Counted from the stretch's first letter, positions 31,265-41,583 are shown. The stretch: DNA of 64,000 bases from an uncultured Chloroflexia bacterium (GCA_963720755.1 CAVRGP010000011.1:704001-768000); one strand, 5' to 3'. A program made the numbers and translations. Notes: generated by a model from the sequence alone, not told the origin.

Positions 31265-32421
31265 CCCGGTCGGGCGCCAAGGGCGCGGCCGGACGCGATC
31301 GATACCGTGCTGCCGGGGTCGACGTCGCTGCCGGGGAACGGGCGGTCGACCTGATGCGGGCGCACGTCGAGTCGACCCGCCGCCCCGAAGTGGTCGGCGG
31401 CCTTGGCGGCTTTGGGGGCGCGTTCACGATCCCCGCGGGGTATCGCGTGCCGCTGCTCGTGGCATCGACCGACGGCGTCGGGACGAAGACCGCGATCGCC
31501 GCGTCGCTTGCGCAATTCGACACGATCGGGATCGATCTCGTGGCGATGTGCGCGGACGACGTCGTGTGCTGCGGGGCGGAGCCGCTCGCGTTCCTCGATT
31601 ATGTCGCGGTGGGTCGGGTGACGCCGGAATGGGTCGCCGGTCTCGTCGATGGGGTCGCCGCCGGTTGCCGGGCGGCCGGCTGCGCACTCGTGGGCGGCGA
31701 AACGGCCGAACATCCTGACCTGATGGCGCCCGAAGCCTATGACCTGTCCGGATGTTGTATCGGCGTGGTCGAGCGCGACGACGTGATCGATGGACGGACC
31801 GTCGGAGCGGGCGACGCCATCGTCGGTCTCGCGGCATCGGGACTGCACGCCAACGGCTACTCGCTCGTCCGTGCGCTGATCGCGAGCTGGGACCTGGACC
31901 TGACCGAGCCGTACCAGGAGCGGTTGCGTCGGTCGCTGGGCGACGCTGCAGCTGACCGGGCGCTCGCCGACGCCCCGGCCGAGGCGATGGCGACGCTCGG
32001 CGACGTCCTTCTCACCCCGACCAGGATCTACGCCCGAGCCGTCCTGGCGGCGCGCGCCGCGGTTCGGGCGAGCGGCTCCGACATCCGTGGCCTGGCCCAT
32101 ATCACGGGCGGAGGCCTGCCCGGTAACGTGCCTCGCGCGCTGCCGGATGGCCTGGCCGCGCGACTCGACCCGGATCGCTGGCTGATGCCGTCGATCATGC
32201 GCCTGTTCGGTGCCCTGGGTGGACTTGACGATGTCGAGATCCGGGCGACATTCAATGGCGGGATCGGGATGGTCGCGATCCTGCCGTCGACGGCGGTTGC
32301 GACGGCCGTCGATGCGTTCTCGACGTTCGGGATCGATGCGAACGTGGTCGGCGAGGTCGTCGAGAGCGGCAGCGTCGGTGGTCACCGGTACGTCGAGGGA
32401 CCACTCGACGGATACGCATGA
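31261..32421 (+). CDS. purM: AIR synthetase
   Basis: YRAAGVD, STDGVGTK, GGETAEHP, SGLHANG, AHITGGG, TFNGGIG. Confidence 0.97.
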   Translation: MTRSGAKGAAGRDRYRAAGVDVAAGERAVDLMRAHVESTRRPEVVGGLGGFGGAFTIPAGYRVPLLVASTDGVGTKTAIAASLAQFDTIGIDLVAMCADDVVCCGAEPLAFLDYVAVGRVTPEWVAGLVDGVAAGCRAAGCALVGGETAEHPDLMAPEAYDLSGCCIGVVERDDVIDGRTVGAGDAIVGLAASGLHANGYSLVRALIASWDLDLTEPYQERLRRSLGDAAADRALADAPAEAMATLGDVLLTPTRIYARAVLAARAAVRASGSDIRGLAHITGGGLPGNVPRALPDGLAARLDPDRWLMPSIMRLFGALGGLDDVEIRATFNGGIGMVAILPSTAVATAVDAFSTFGIDANVVGEVVESGSVGGHRYVEGPLDGYA

Positions 32422-34673
32422 TCGATCAGGCGAGCCGATCCGGCGGGGTCGCCGTCGGGGTATCCGGGTCAGGCTCCAACCTCCGGGCACTCGTCGCGGC
32501 GGCAGATCGCGGCGAACTCGGGGGCGAGATCGTGATGGTCTTCGGCGACCGGGCGTGCCCCGCGCTCGACTGGGCAGCCGAGCGCGGGATCGAGACCGCG
32601 CTGGTGCCGCTGGGGGATGACACGATCGTGGCCGAGACCCTCGGCGCCGTCCGCCCCGACGTCGTCGCCCTGGCTGGCTACATGCGGATCGTCGGCCCGG
32701 CCGTGCTGGCGGCGTTCGCGGGCCGCATCGTCAATACTCACCCGTCGCTCCTGCCGGCCTTCCCGGGCGCGCATGCGGTCGCGGATGCCATCTCGCACGG
32801 CGTCGCGGTGACCGGTTGCACGGTTCACTTCGTCGACGAATCGCTCGACGGCGGGCCGATCATCGCGCAGGAGGCGGTACCCATCCTGGCGGGGGACGAT
32901 GCCAGGACGCTTCACGAGCGGATCCGGGCGGTCGAACACCGCCTGTTGCCGCGAACCGTGAGTCTCCTGCTCGCCGGCGCGCTGAGCGTCGCGCCCGATG
33001 GCCGACAGGTCAGGCTCGATCTCGACCTGGCCGACCGATCCGTGCCTCGTCCGCGTCGTGCCCTGCTGTCGGTCTGGGACAAGACCGGGCTGGCCGACTT
33101 TGCCGGCGGCCTCGTTCGGGCGGGATTCGAACTCGTCTCGACCGGCGGGACCGCTGCGGCGCTGCGGGACTCGGGCCTGCCGGTGACCGAGGTCACGGCG
33201 GTGACCGGTTTCCCCGAGATGCTCGACGGTCGGGTCAAGACCCTCCACCCGAGGATCCATGGCGGCCTCCTCGCCGACCGACGATCGGCCGGCCATCGGC
33301 GCCAGGCGCTCGCGGCGGCCATCGCGCCGTTCGAGCTGGTGGTCTGCAACCTGTACCCATTCGCGGCCGCCGCCGAGCGCCCGGGGATCCTGCTCGACGA
33401 ACTGATCGAGGAGATCGACATCGGCGGGCCGTCGATGGTCCGGGCAGCCGCCAAGAACCATGCGAACGTAGCGGTCGTGACCGCACCCGAGCGGTATCCG
33501 GCGATCCTCCGGGCGATCGAGGAGGAGGGGAGCGTCGGGCCCGGCCTGCGTGCCGCGCTCGCGATCGATGCGTTCGCCTCGACCGCTGCCTATGACGCCC
33601 GGATCTCGACGGTGCTCCCCGGCCGGATGTCGGCCGCGGGCGTCGCCCTGCCGGACGAGCCGGGCTTGCCGGGTGCGTCCGACCCGTACCCGGCCACCCT
33701 GGCGATCGGACTCGAGAAGGTCGAGACGCTGCGATACGGCGAGAACCCGCACCAACCCGCCGCCCGATACCGGCGACCCGGTGCGACCGCGACGGACGGG
33801 CCGTTCGCGACCGGTGCGCCCATCCTGCAGGGCAAGGCGTTGTCGTACAACAACGTCCTGGACGCCTCGGCTGCGGTCGCGCTGGGTCGTGCCCTCCGGG
33901 GTCCCGGATGCATCATCGTCAAGCACATGAACCCGTGTGGGGCAGCGGAGCGGCCGACGATCATCGAGGCTTGGCAGGATGCTCTTGCCGGCGATCCGGT
34001 CTCGGCCTTCGGTGGCGTGGTCGCGCTGACCCGTCCGGTCGATGCCCAGCTGGCCGAGGCGCTGACGTCGATCTTCCTCGAAGTCGTCATCGCGCCCGCC
34101 TATGACGCGGCGGCCCTGCACGCGTTGGCCACCAAGGCCAACCTGCGGGTCGTGCTCGACCCCTTGCTGGGTGGTGACGCAGACGTTCCGGCACCGGGCC
34201 CGACGAGTTCGATCCGATCGGCTGGCGGCGCGGTCCTGGTGACCGCCTCGGATATCGGAGTCGATGATCCGGCGACGTGGGCGGTCGCCACGCGTCGTGT
34301 TCCAACGGATGCCGAATCGGTTGACCTGGACCTGGCCTGGCGGCTGGTCCGCGGTGTGACCTCGAATGCCATCGTGCTCGTACGGGACAGCCGGCTCATC
34401 GGCATGGGTTCCGGCCAGACGTCACGGGTCGATGCGGCGCGCGGCGCCGTGGACAAGGCTCGCGCGTTCGCCGGGGCCGGATCGCTCGCCGGGGCGGCCT
34501 GTGCCTCGGATGCGTTCTATCCGTTCCCCGATGCGGTCGAGGTCTGCCTGGCTGCCGGCGTGACGGCGTTCGTTCAACCAGGGGGCTCGATCCGTGATGC
34601 CGAATCGGTCGCTGCCGTGGATCGAGCCGGTGGGACGATGATGGTCACGGGCGTGCGTCATTTCCGTCATTGA
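32418..34673 (+). CDS. purN-purH: Fused GAR transformylase (PurN) + IMP cyclohydrolase/AICAR transformylase (PurH)
   Basis: N-terminal SGSGSNL, LAGYM, N.HPSLLP.FPG, LDGGPII; then ALLSV.DKTG, STGGTA, GRVKTLHP, IDIGGP, LRYGENPHQ, ASDAFYPF, RHFRH, all in one open frame. Confidence 0.95.
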   Translation: MIDQASRSGGVAVGVSGSGSNLRALVAAADRGELGGEIVMVFGDRACPALDWAAERGIETALVPLGDDTIVAETLGAVRPDVVALAGYMRIVGPAVLAAFAGRIVNTHPSLLPAFPGAHAVADAISHGVAVTGCTVHFVDESLDGGPIIAQEAVPILAGDDARTLHERIRAVEHRLLPRTVSLLLAGALSVAPDGRQVRLDLDLADRSVPRPRRALLSVWDKTGLADFAGGLVRAGFELVSTGGTAAALRDSGLPVTEVTAVTGFPEMLDGRVKTLHPRIHGGLLADRRSAGHRRQALAAAIAPFELVVCNLYPFAAAAERPGILLDELIEEIDIGGPSMVRAAAKNHANVAVVTAPERYPAILRAIEEEGSVGPGLRAALAIDAFASTAAYDARISTVLPGRMSAAGVALPDEPGLPGASDPYPATLAIGLEKVETLRYGENPHQPAARYRRPGATATDGPFATGAPILQGKALSYNNVLDASAAVALGRALRGPGCIIVKHMNPCGAAERPTIIEAWQDALAGDPVSAFGGVVALTRPVDAQLAEALTSIFLEVVIAPAYDAAALHALATKANLRVVLDPLLGGDADVPAPGPTSSIRSAGGAVLVTASDIGVDDPATWAVATRRVPTDAESVDLDLAWRLVRGVTSNAIVLVRDSRLIGMGSGQTSRVDAARGAVDKARAFAGAGSLAGAACASDAFYPFPDAVEVCLAAGVTAFVQPGGSIRDAESVAAVDRAGGTMMVTGVRHFRH

Positions 34674-34764
34674 GCGGGGCGCCATCGAGCGGCCCTCAGC
34701 CGGCGTATCTTGGTGAGAGTCCGGCGCGGGCTCAGGTACATGAGCAGTCTTGGGGAGTTTGACG

Positions 34765-35244
34765 ATGGCGGAATTCCTGGCGGTGACGTTCGACGGCGCG
34801 GATGACGGCGAGGCGGCCCTGAAGTCGATCCGTATCCTGGAGAAGAATGGTGGCATCGGCCTCGAAGACACGGCCGTGGTGCGCAAGGGTGCCGACGGCA
34901 AGGTCACCTTCCACAACGAGGCCTCGAGCGGGACTGAGACCGGTGCCGTGATCGGGGCCGTCCTCGGCGGCCTCCTGTTCGTGGTCTTCCCGGTCGGTGC
35001 GGTCGTGGCCGGGGCTGCGGCGGGCGGTCTGATCGGTCGGGCGGCGGCGCCCGGGATCGATGGCCAGTTCGTCAAGGAGGTCGGTGCCGACCTGCCGGCG
35101 GGTGGCTCTGCGCTCTTCCTGCAGATCAAGTCCGGGAGCGATACCGGGCTCCTGGTCGGGGCCTTGCGGCAATATCACGGCCGTGTTCGACAGACATCGC
35201 TGCCAGATGACGTCGAGCAGGCACTCGACGAGTCGCTCCGCTGA
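34765..35244 (+). CDS. DUF1269-family membrane protein
   Basis: LEDTAVV.K..DGKV, Gly-rich TM hairpin, GID..FVKEV...L..G.SALF. Confidence 0.8.
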   Translation: MAEFLAVTFDGADDGEAALKSIRILEKNGGIGLEDTAVVRKGADGKVTFHNEASSGTETGAVIGAVLGGLLFVVFPVGAVVAGAAAGGLIGRAAAPGIDGQFVKEVGADLPAGGSALFLQIKSGSDTGLLVGALRQYHGRVRQTSLPDDVEQALDESLR

Positions 35245-36500
35245 GGGCGGATCCTCCTTCGGATCGATCCGAGGCTGCCGCCTCGCCGATCGCGCCAACG
35301 GCTGCCCCCAGATTGACGGTCCTGATGCCGTGCTGGAACGCCGCGGCGTCGATCGAGCGCGCCCTGTCCTCGATCCTCGCGGAACGTGACATCTCGCTCG
35401 AGTGCATCGTCATCGACGACGGGTCGACCGACGGGACCGGTGACGTCGTCGGATCGATCGCCGATCGCGATCCGCGGGTCGTCGTCCTCCGCCTTCCCTC
35501 GAACGTCGGCGTCTCGGCGGCCCGCAATGCCGGCCTGGCGGCCGCCCGTGGTGATTGGCTTGCATTCATGGACGCCGACGACCGATTCCTGCCGGGCGCT
35601 ATCGGCGTTCTCATGCGTCCGACAGCGGACCCCGAGGTCCTGGCGGTGATCGGCCAGCGGATCTGGTCGGACGGCCAGCGGACGTGGCTATCCCCGCTGT
35701 ACGACATCCCCGACATCCGCGAACCGGGTCGGAAGTCCATCCGGACCCACCCCGGTCTGCTCTATTACGCGGCCCTCGCCGGGAAGGCGTTCCATCGTTC
35801 GCTCGTCGGCGACCTCCAGTTCGACGGGCGCGTCCTGGGTGACCAGCCCTGGACGATCCGAGCACTGCTCCGGGCCGGCGACCGGATCGAGGTCATCGGC
35901 GACACCATCTTCGAGTGGTCGCGGCCGCATCCGGATCGGCAGGTCGAGACGATCACGGTCGTCGCCCGCGCTTCGGCTCGGGGCGCGACGGAGATGGCGA
36001 CCGTCGCCATCACGGCGTTTCGGGACGTCGCCGACGAGGTCGATCGCCAGATCGACGATGAGACGGGCCGGAACACGGTCAAGCAGGCATATTTCGACCG
36101 GCTGCTCCGGTCGGACCTGGGCGGGCCTATCGGCAAGGCGCTGGAGCGACGTGACCCTGCGATCGGCGAGTACCTCGGATCGATGGTCCGCTTCCTCGAA
36201 TCGATCCCATCGTCGATCCTCGCCACGTCTGGTCCGTTCGCCACCCTCGTGCTCCGACCGCCCGCCAGGCGGTGGCCCCGGCTGCCACGGTCTGCCCGGC
36301 CGGCCTATCGGTCGATGCTTCGCGTCGCCTTCGAGGCCGACCCGCGGGTGGCGCGACGGATCTCGTGGAGCCCGGTCGTGACGCCGGTCTTCGAGCTCAT
36401 GCGGCGCTCCGATTCGCCGCTGAGTCGGGTCGTGGCTTCGGCCTGGCTGACCGCGGCGTCCGTGGCGGCCGATCTCTATGTTCGGATCCGCCGACGATGA
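35241..36500 (+). CDS. Glycosyltransferase family 2 (start at CTG 35241 or TTG 35313)
   Basis: PRLTVLMPCWNA, IDDGSTD, N.GVSAARN.GL, AFMDADD. Confidence 0.88.
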   Translation: MRADPPSDRSEAAASPIAPTAAPRLTVLMPCWNAAASIERALSSILAERDISLECIVIDDGSTDGTGDVVGSIADRDPRVVVLRLPSNVGVSAARNAGLAAARGDWLAFMDADDRFLPGAIGVLMRPTADPEVLAVIGQRIWSDGQRTWLSPLYDIPDIREPGRKSIRTHPGLLYYAALAGKAFHRSLVGDLQFDGRVLGDQPWTIRALLRAGDRIEVIGDTIFEWSRPHPDRQVETITVVARASARGATEMATVAITAFRDVADEVDRQIDDETGRNTVKQAYFDRLLRSDLGGPIGKALERRDPAIGEYLGSMVRFLESIPSSILATSGPFATLVLRPPARRWPRLPRSARPAYRSMLRVAFEADPRVARRISWSPVVTPVFELMRRSDSPLSRVVASAWLTAASVAADLYVRIRRR

Positions 36501-36636
36501 GGGAGCTGCGGTCGGGTAGGCCCGACGACCGCTACAATCCGGCACGTCCGCGCAACGAGATCGGAGACCACTTGTCCCTGGTGGCCGCATCCACATCAGC
36601 CGGGCTTCGCCGCGATGAGGCCGTCTGGCAGGTCCG

Positions 36637-37602
36637 ATGGCGTCGCTAGGCTCCCGCATCCCGAAGCCTGTCCGGCGACGTCTCGGAGCGATCAGGCGAT
36701 CCGTGCTCGGTCGAAAGGATGGCAGGGCTCGGACACCTACTCCATCGGCAAGGCTTCGGATCCGGCGCGACTTCGTGTTCAGGACCGCGGATCGCGCCGG
36801 CACCGCCCTGGAGATCGGACCCGCGCACAACGCGATCCTGCCCAAGCGCGATGGGTTTCGCACGAAGACCGTCGACTACATCGATCGCGACGGCCTCGTC
36901 GAGAAGTACCGCGAGTTCAAGCAGTACTCCCCGGATGCCATCGAAGACGTCGACTACGTGATCCCGGCTGGTGCCACGATGGCGGAGGTCATCCAGGAGC
37001 GATTCGATCTGGTCCTGGCATCGCACGTCCTGGAGCACACCATCTCCCTGATCGATTTCGTCAATGACTGCACGACGCTGTTGGCCCCAGCGGGTGTCTT
37101 GTCGCTGGTTGTGCCCGACCACCGATACTGCTTCGACCGGTTTCGCGAACGGTCGTCGATCGGGCGCGTGATCGACACATCGACCAATCCTCCGCCGGTC
37201 CATACGGTCGGCACGATGGCGGAGTTCGCCTTGAATGCGGTGAAGCATCGCGGTACGACGTCCTGGTCCGCCGGCCATACGGGCAGCTACCGGTTCCTCC
37301 ACGACCTCGACGCGGTCAAGGCGAAGACGGCACAGGCGCGGGGCGACGGATACATCGACGTCCACAACTGGGTCTTCACGCCGAACCACCTGCGCCTGCT
37401 GCTCCAGGACCTCCACGCGCTCGGTTTCATCTCCGTCCGTGAGGCGGCCTTCCAGGACACGATCGGGCACGAGTTCTTCCTCAACCTGACGGTCGATGGC
37501 CCGGGCACCGGCCTCACCCGGGAGGCGCTCGTCGTGCTCGCCGATGCGGAGCAGACCACCATGGACGTGCCGGTCTTCGACCCATCGGAGCGGGACGGGT
37601 GA
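36637..37602 (+). CDS. Class I SAM-dependent methyltransferase-like protein (surface glycan related)
   Basis: LEIGP, FDLVLASHVLEH, GVLSLVVPD.RYCFD; lies among glycosyltransferases. Confidence 0.75.
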   Translation: MASLGSRIPKPVRRRLGAIRRSVLGRKDGRARTPTPSARLRIRRDFVFRTADRAGTALEIGPAHNAILPKRDGFRTKTVDYIDRDGLVEKYREFKQYSPDAIEDVDYVIPAGATMAEVIQERFDLVLASHVLEHTISLIDFVNDCTTLLAPAGVLSLVVPDHRYCFDRFRERSSIGRVIDTSTNPPPVHTVGTMAEFALNAVKHRGTTSWSAGHTGSYRFLHDLDAVKAKTAQARGDGYIDVHNWVFTPNHLRLLLQDLHALGFISVREAAFQDTIGHEFFLNLTVDGPGTGLTREALVVLADAEQTTMDVPVFDPSERDG

Positions 37603-38703
37603 GATTCGTCGTCACCGTCATGGTGCGCGACGAGGTCGACATCATCGCCGCGATGGTCGAACACCACCTGGCGCAGGGCGCCGACCTGATCATCGCGACC
37701 GACAACGGCTCGGTCGACGGCACCACGGAGGTCTTGCAGCAGTACGCCGATCTGGGTGTCCTCGAACTCCACCACGATCCCGTGTTCCGCAAGCAGCAGC
37801 ATGCAGTCGTCACGGGCATGGCCCGCCGGGCCTTCACGGACCATGCAGCCGACTGGGTGATCAACGCCGACGCCGACGAGTTCTGGGTTCCCCGCGACAA
37901 GCGCCTCACGCTCCGGTCGGCCCTCGAGGCGACCCCCCTGTCCCTCGACGCGTTCACGGTCCCGGTCACGAACCTTGTCGGCCCCCCCGCGATGCGCGGA
38001 TCCGGCGTGGACCGGTTGCTCTGGCGCGACCAGCGCACGCCCGAGCAGCTGCAGGCGGTCGGGATCTTCGCCCAACCGACCGACGACGCCGTGCATCGCG
38101 GCGACCCTGAGATCGTGGTCTCCCAGGGCAATCACTTCGTCTCGCTCACGAGCGCCGGTCAGCCCGATCCGGCGTTCGCGCTCGAGGTCTTGCATCTCCC
38201 GTGGCGGTCGTTGCTCCAGTACGAGCGCAGGGTCGTCAACAGCGGACGGTCGTACGAGGCCAACCCCGATCTTCGGCCAAGCAAGAACCACCACGGTATG
38301 GCGGACTACCGACGATATCTCGCCGGTCGCCTGACCTACGCGTTCCTGGTCCGTCTGCCGCTGGGGAAGGATCTCGGTGGAGGTGAGCCGGACAGCTCGT
38401 TCAGCGTACGACCCCTGGCTGCGCGATCATCTCCACGCTCTCACGGATCAGGCGCTCCTGGCCGATCTCTTCGAACGTTGCCTGGACGCTTCGGACGATG
38501 GACCGATCGACCCCACTGAGCATGAACGGGCCGCGGACCTTGGCCGACTCTTCGTCGCCCTGGAGCGAGAACGGGACGCCGCGCGCAACCTGGCCGATGA
38601 ACGTGGCAAGCCACCCCCGCTGCGAGAGGACTGGCAGCGCATCACCCGGCGGACGGCGGGCGCCGTCAGGCGGCGACTCGGAGGCGGTCGTCGCAAACGC
38701 TGA
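37599..38703 (+). CDS. Glycosyltransferase family 2-like protein, frameshifted near 38404 (uncorrected ORF ends at 38519)
   Basis: MVRDE.DII...HH, DNGSVDGT, WVINADADEFW; well-formed coding continues in the +1 frame (YDPWLRDHL...) to 38703. Confidence 0.75.
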
Positions 38704-38749
38704 GCAGGGTGGACGCAGCTGGATGACCGCGTTTGCCCGCGAATGGCCC

Positions 38750-41392
38750 CTACGAGGCGATCGCGCTCCCGTCGATCCCCGCCGGTCGAGCCTTGGCGAG
38801 CTGGACCGCCACATCGCACAACGCCTTGGCGCGCAGGTCGAAGGTGTGCCGCTCGAGGACGACGGCGCGGCCGTGGGCGGCGAGTCTCCGACGCTCATCC
38901 GGGTCGTCGAGGTAGCGGGTGATCGATGACTCGAGGTCCGCTCGTGAGCGGTACGTCGGGACCGCTCCATCGAATTCCTCATCGATACCGTGGATGTGGT
39001 CCGAGAGCACGAACGCCCCGCACGCGAGGGCGTCGTACAGGCGGTTCGAGATGAATCCCTCGACCCGCATGTCATCCCAGTGGTCGTTGAGCACGATGTC
39101 GGCAGCGCCGTAGTAGCGCGCGAGTTCGGTATTGGGGATGACCTCGCCCCGCACGAAGCGCTGGTCGACCAGATCGGGCGTCCAGTCCCGGCCGTAGATC
39201 GCGAGGTCGCGGGTGGTGTTCGCGAGGTCGTCCACGATCCGGCGATGGACCTTGCGCGAGTTGGCGACGAACAGGAGTTCGTGATGTGGCCCACCCGGCG
39301 CCGGGCGGAAGCGTTCCGGGTCGGTCGCCTGGTGAAGGGACGACACCGGCACGGCCGCTTGCCCGGCCATCATGGCGGCGAACCGGTCCGAGGCGACGAA
39401 GACGTGGTCGTACCGTTCGTAGAGTTCCGGCGTGGCGAGGTCGGGGTGGCTGATCTGCCACAGGATGTTGACCTGGCCCGGTCGGGTCGGGGCTTCCTTG
39501 AGCCCGAACAGGTGGACGGCGACGTCGTCGCGGGCGGCAGTGGATGACGTCCAGTCCGGCAGGAAGTGGACCCGCGTCGGGTGGCCGGCTCGCTCGAGGG
39601 CCCGCTGGAGGCCGCGCGCAAAGTGGTAGTCCCCCCAGCGATCGATGACCTCCCAGCTCGGGACACCGATCCGCAGCCCGAACCGAGTCGCGGACGCCCA
39701 GTCGATGAGCGCGTCGCGGATCGCCATCGCGCTCGGAAGATACCGGCCAGAGCCGGTGGCGACGACCGCATCGCCCCGTGCCGGCAGGCCGCGAGCCACC
39801 TTCGTGCTCCGCTCCCGGATGATCGCGGCGATCTCGTCACTCGATGCGAAAACGAGGTCGAACTCATCGAACCAGACCCGGTCAAGCCAGCGTTCGGGCC
39901 CGTCGACGACCCAGGCCAACGCGATCGCCTGTCTCGGCAGCCGTCGGATGTCGCAAGCATCATCGAGGACGATGACGGCCTCCACCGATGGATCGGGCTC
40001 GGACCATCCGTCGTCGTGGCGTGTCAGGTAGCTGACGCGCCAGCCGTGACCCTTGAGTGCGTCGCCAAGTTCGCGTCCGTTCGGTGACTCCCGGACCGCC
40101 GTGCTTGATCCGTCGGTGGTGTCGGTGATCGCGACGTGGAACGGATCACTCGAGAACCGATCGCCGCCGCGCAAGGCGTCGAGCAGCGCGTCACGGAAGA
40201 GCCGTGGTCCCCAGGTGTCGACGAAAGTCTTGCGGTTACTGGCCACGCGGGCGGTGTACCCGGCTCGGTCGGATGCACGTGTCGCGGATTCGTGGTGCCA
40301 CAGGGCGGCCCGGCCGTCGTAGACGAGCCGGCCACCGGCCGCTCGCAGCTTGAGGCACAGGTCCACATCCTCCGCCCCGTAGTCGTACGCGGACGAAAAG
40401 CCGCCGACCTGGTGGAACGCATCGAGGCGCACGAGCAGGCAGGCGGCCGTGAGCGCCGGCCGATCGGTGATCTGGGTGGCGACGGGGCCGAGAGGATCCT
40501 CGCCGGCCCCGATGGCGCGTGCGACCGGGACCGCCCGGCTCCGATCGAACCGCACGCCGGCGTGTTGCAGCGAGAGGTCGCGCAGGTGCGATCCGGCGCG
40601 TGCGCCGCCTCGATGACGCGGATAGATCAGGCGCGCCCCGACCGCGACCGCCTGGCGGTCCGCCATCGTTGCCACCATGTAGCCAAGCCAGTCGTCGGTG
40701 ATCGGGTCGACGTCGTTGTTGAGGAAGCAGATCAGCTCGCCGCTGGCGGCTGCGACGCCCTGGGCGTTCGCATCGGAGAAGGATCGGTTCACCGCGTTGC
40801 GGATGACCTGGATCGGGAATGGCAGGTCGAACGCCGCGGCGAACTCGGGCGATCCGTCGGTCGAACCGTTGTCGACGACGATGACCTCGATGTCTCGATA
40901 CCTCGTCCTGGCGACCGCGCTGAGGCACCGCTCAAGGTGGTCGCGTCCGTCGCGGTTGAGGATCACGATCGACACGACTGGGCCGCGATCCGGGGCCGGA
41001 CTCGAGACGTTCTCGCGAAGGGTCGCGATCAGGGCCATCTCGGCGGCCGGGGAGACGCGACGACCCCGACGTCGGCCCAGTTCGGCGATCCGCCGGCCGA
41101 CTCGGACGACGCGTCGACGGATGCCGGCGGGGGCTCGACGCGCGACCGAGGCGATCCGTTGTCTGCTCTTCGACACGACCAGGGCGTAGCGGACCGATCG
41201 ACGTCGCTTGAGGCCACGGACTTCACGTCGAGCCTGATCGCGCTCGGCTGCTTCGGATCGTCGGGCCGCAGCCGTCTCTCGGAGGAGATCGCGAGTGAGG
41301 CGCAACTCTTGCTCGAGGCGTTCGACAGTCGCACGGAGGGAGGCGACGCTCTCGTCGTCCGGGACGGGGCCTTCCTCCGGATCGCCGATCAC
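38750..41392 (-). CDS. Multidomain glycosyltransferase (coiled coil + GT2 + CgeB-like GT-B domains)
   Basis: VSIVILN, VVDNGSTD, FLNND, TAACLLV, EDVDLCL, H.ES; then WGDYHFA, VLNDHW.DM...GFISNRLYDALACG. Confidence 0.88.
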   Translation of the reverse strand: MIGDPEEGPVPDDESVASLRATVERLEQELRLTRDLLRETAAARRSEAAERDQARREVRGLKRRRSVRYALVVSKSRQRIASVARRAPAGIRRRVVRVGRRIAELGRRRGRRVSPAAEMALIATLRENVSSPAPDRGPVVSIVILNRDGRDHLERCLSAVARTRYRDIEVIVVDNGSTDGSPEFAAAFDLPFPIQVIRNAVNRSFSDANAQGVAAASGELICFLNNDVDPITDDWLGYMVATMADRQAVAVGARLIYPRHRGGARAGSHLRDLSLQHAGVRFDRSRAVPVARAIGAGEDPLGPVATQITDRPALTAACLLVRLDAFHQVGGFSSAYDYGAEDVDLCLKLRAAGGRLVYDGRAALWHHESATRASDRAGYTARVASNRKTFVDTWGPRLFRDALLDALRGGDRFSSDPFHVAITDTTDGSSTAVRESPNGRELGDALKGHGWRVSYLTRHDDGWSEPDPSVEAVIVLDDACDIRRLPRQAIALAWVVDGPERWLDRVWFDEFDLVFASSDEIAAIIRERSTKVARGLPARGDAVVATGSGRYLPSAMAIRDALIDWASATRFGLRIGVPSWEVIDRWGDYHFARGLQRALERAGHPTRVHFLPDWTSSTAARDDVAVHLFGLKEAPTRPGQVNILWQISHPDLATPELYERYDHVFVASDRFAAMMAGQAAVPVSSLHQATDPERFRPAPGGPHHELLFVANSRKVHRRIVDDLANTTRDLAIYGRDWTPDLVDQRFVRGEVIPNTELARYYGAADIVLNDHWDDMRVEGFISNRLYDALACGAFVLSDHIHGIDEEFDGAVPTYRSRADLESSITRYLDDPDERRRLAAHGRAVVLERHTFDLRAKALCDVAVQLAKARPAGIDGSAIAS

Positions 41393-41583
41393 GTGGACGT
41401 CCGTGCGCGAGGCATTCGACCTTCGGGTAGGGCCCCCACGACGGCGGATGAGCGAAGCGTCTTCGCTCGCGATGTCGCCATCGACCGACAGTAGCAGGAT
41501 ACGTGCCGGCGAGTGCGACTCGGTCCGGCCGGGCGATACGGTCCGCGCGACCCTGGCCTGGCCGCTGCTACCATCACGCTCCC

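Noticed and set aside
18767-41583. Block between rsmI and metG as a mobile island
   Set aside because: No integrase, att repeats or evident compositional shift, and it carries core genes (ssb, pur); at most an old rearrangement
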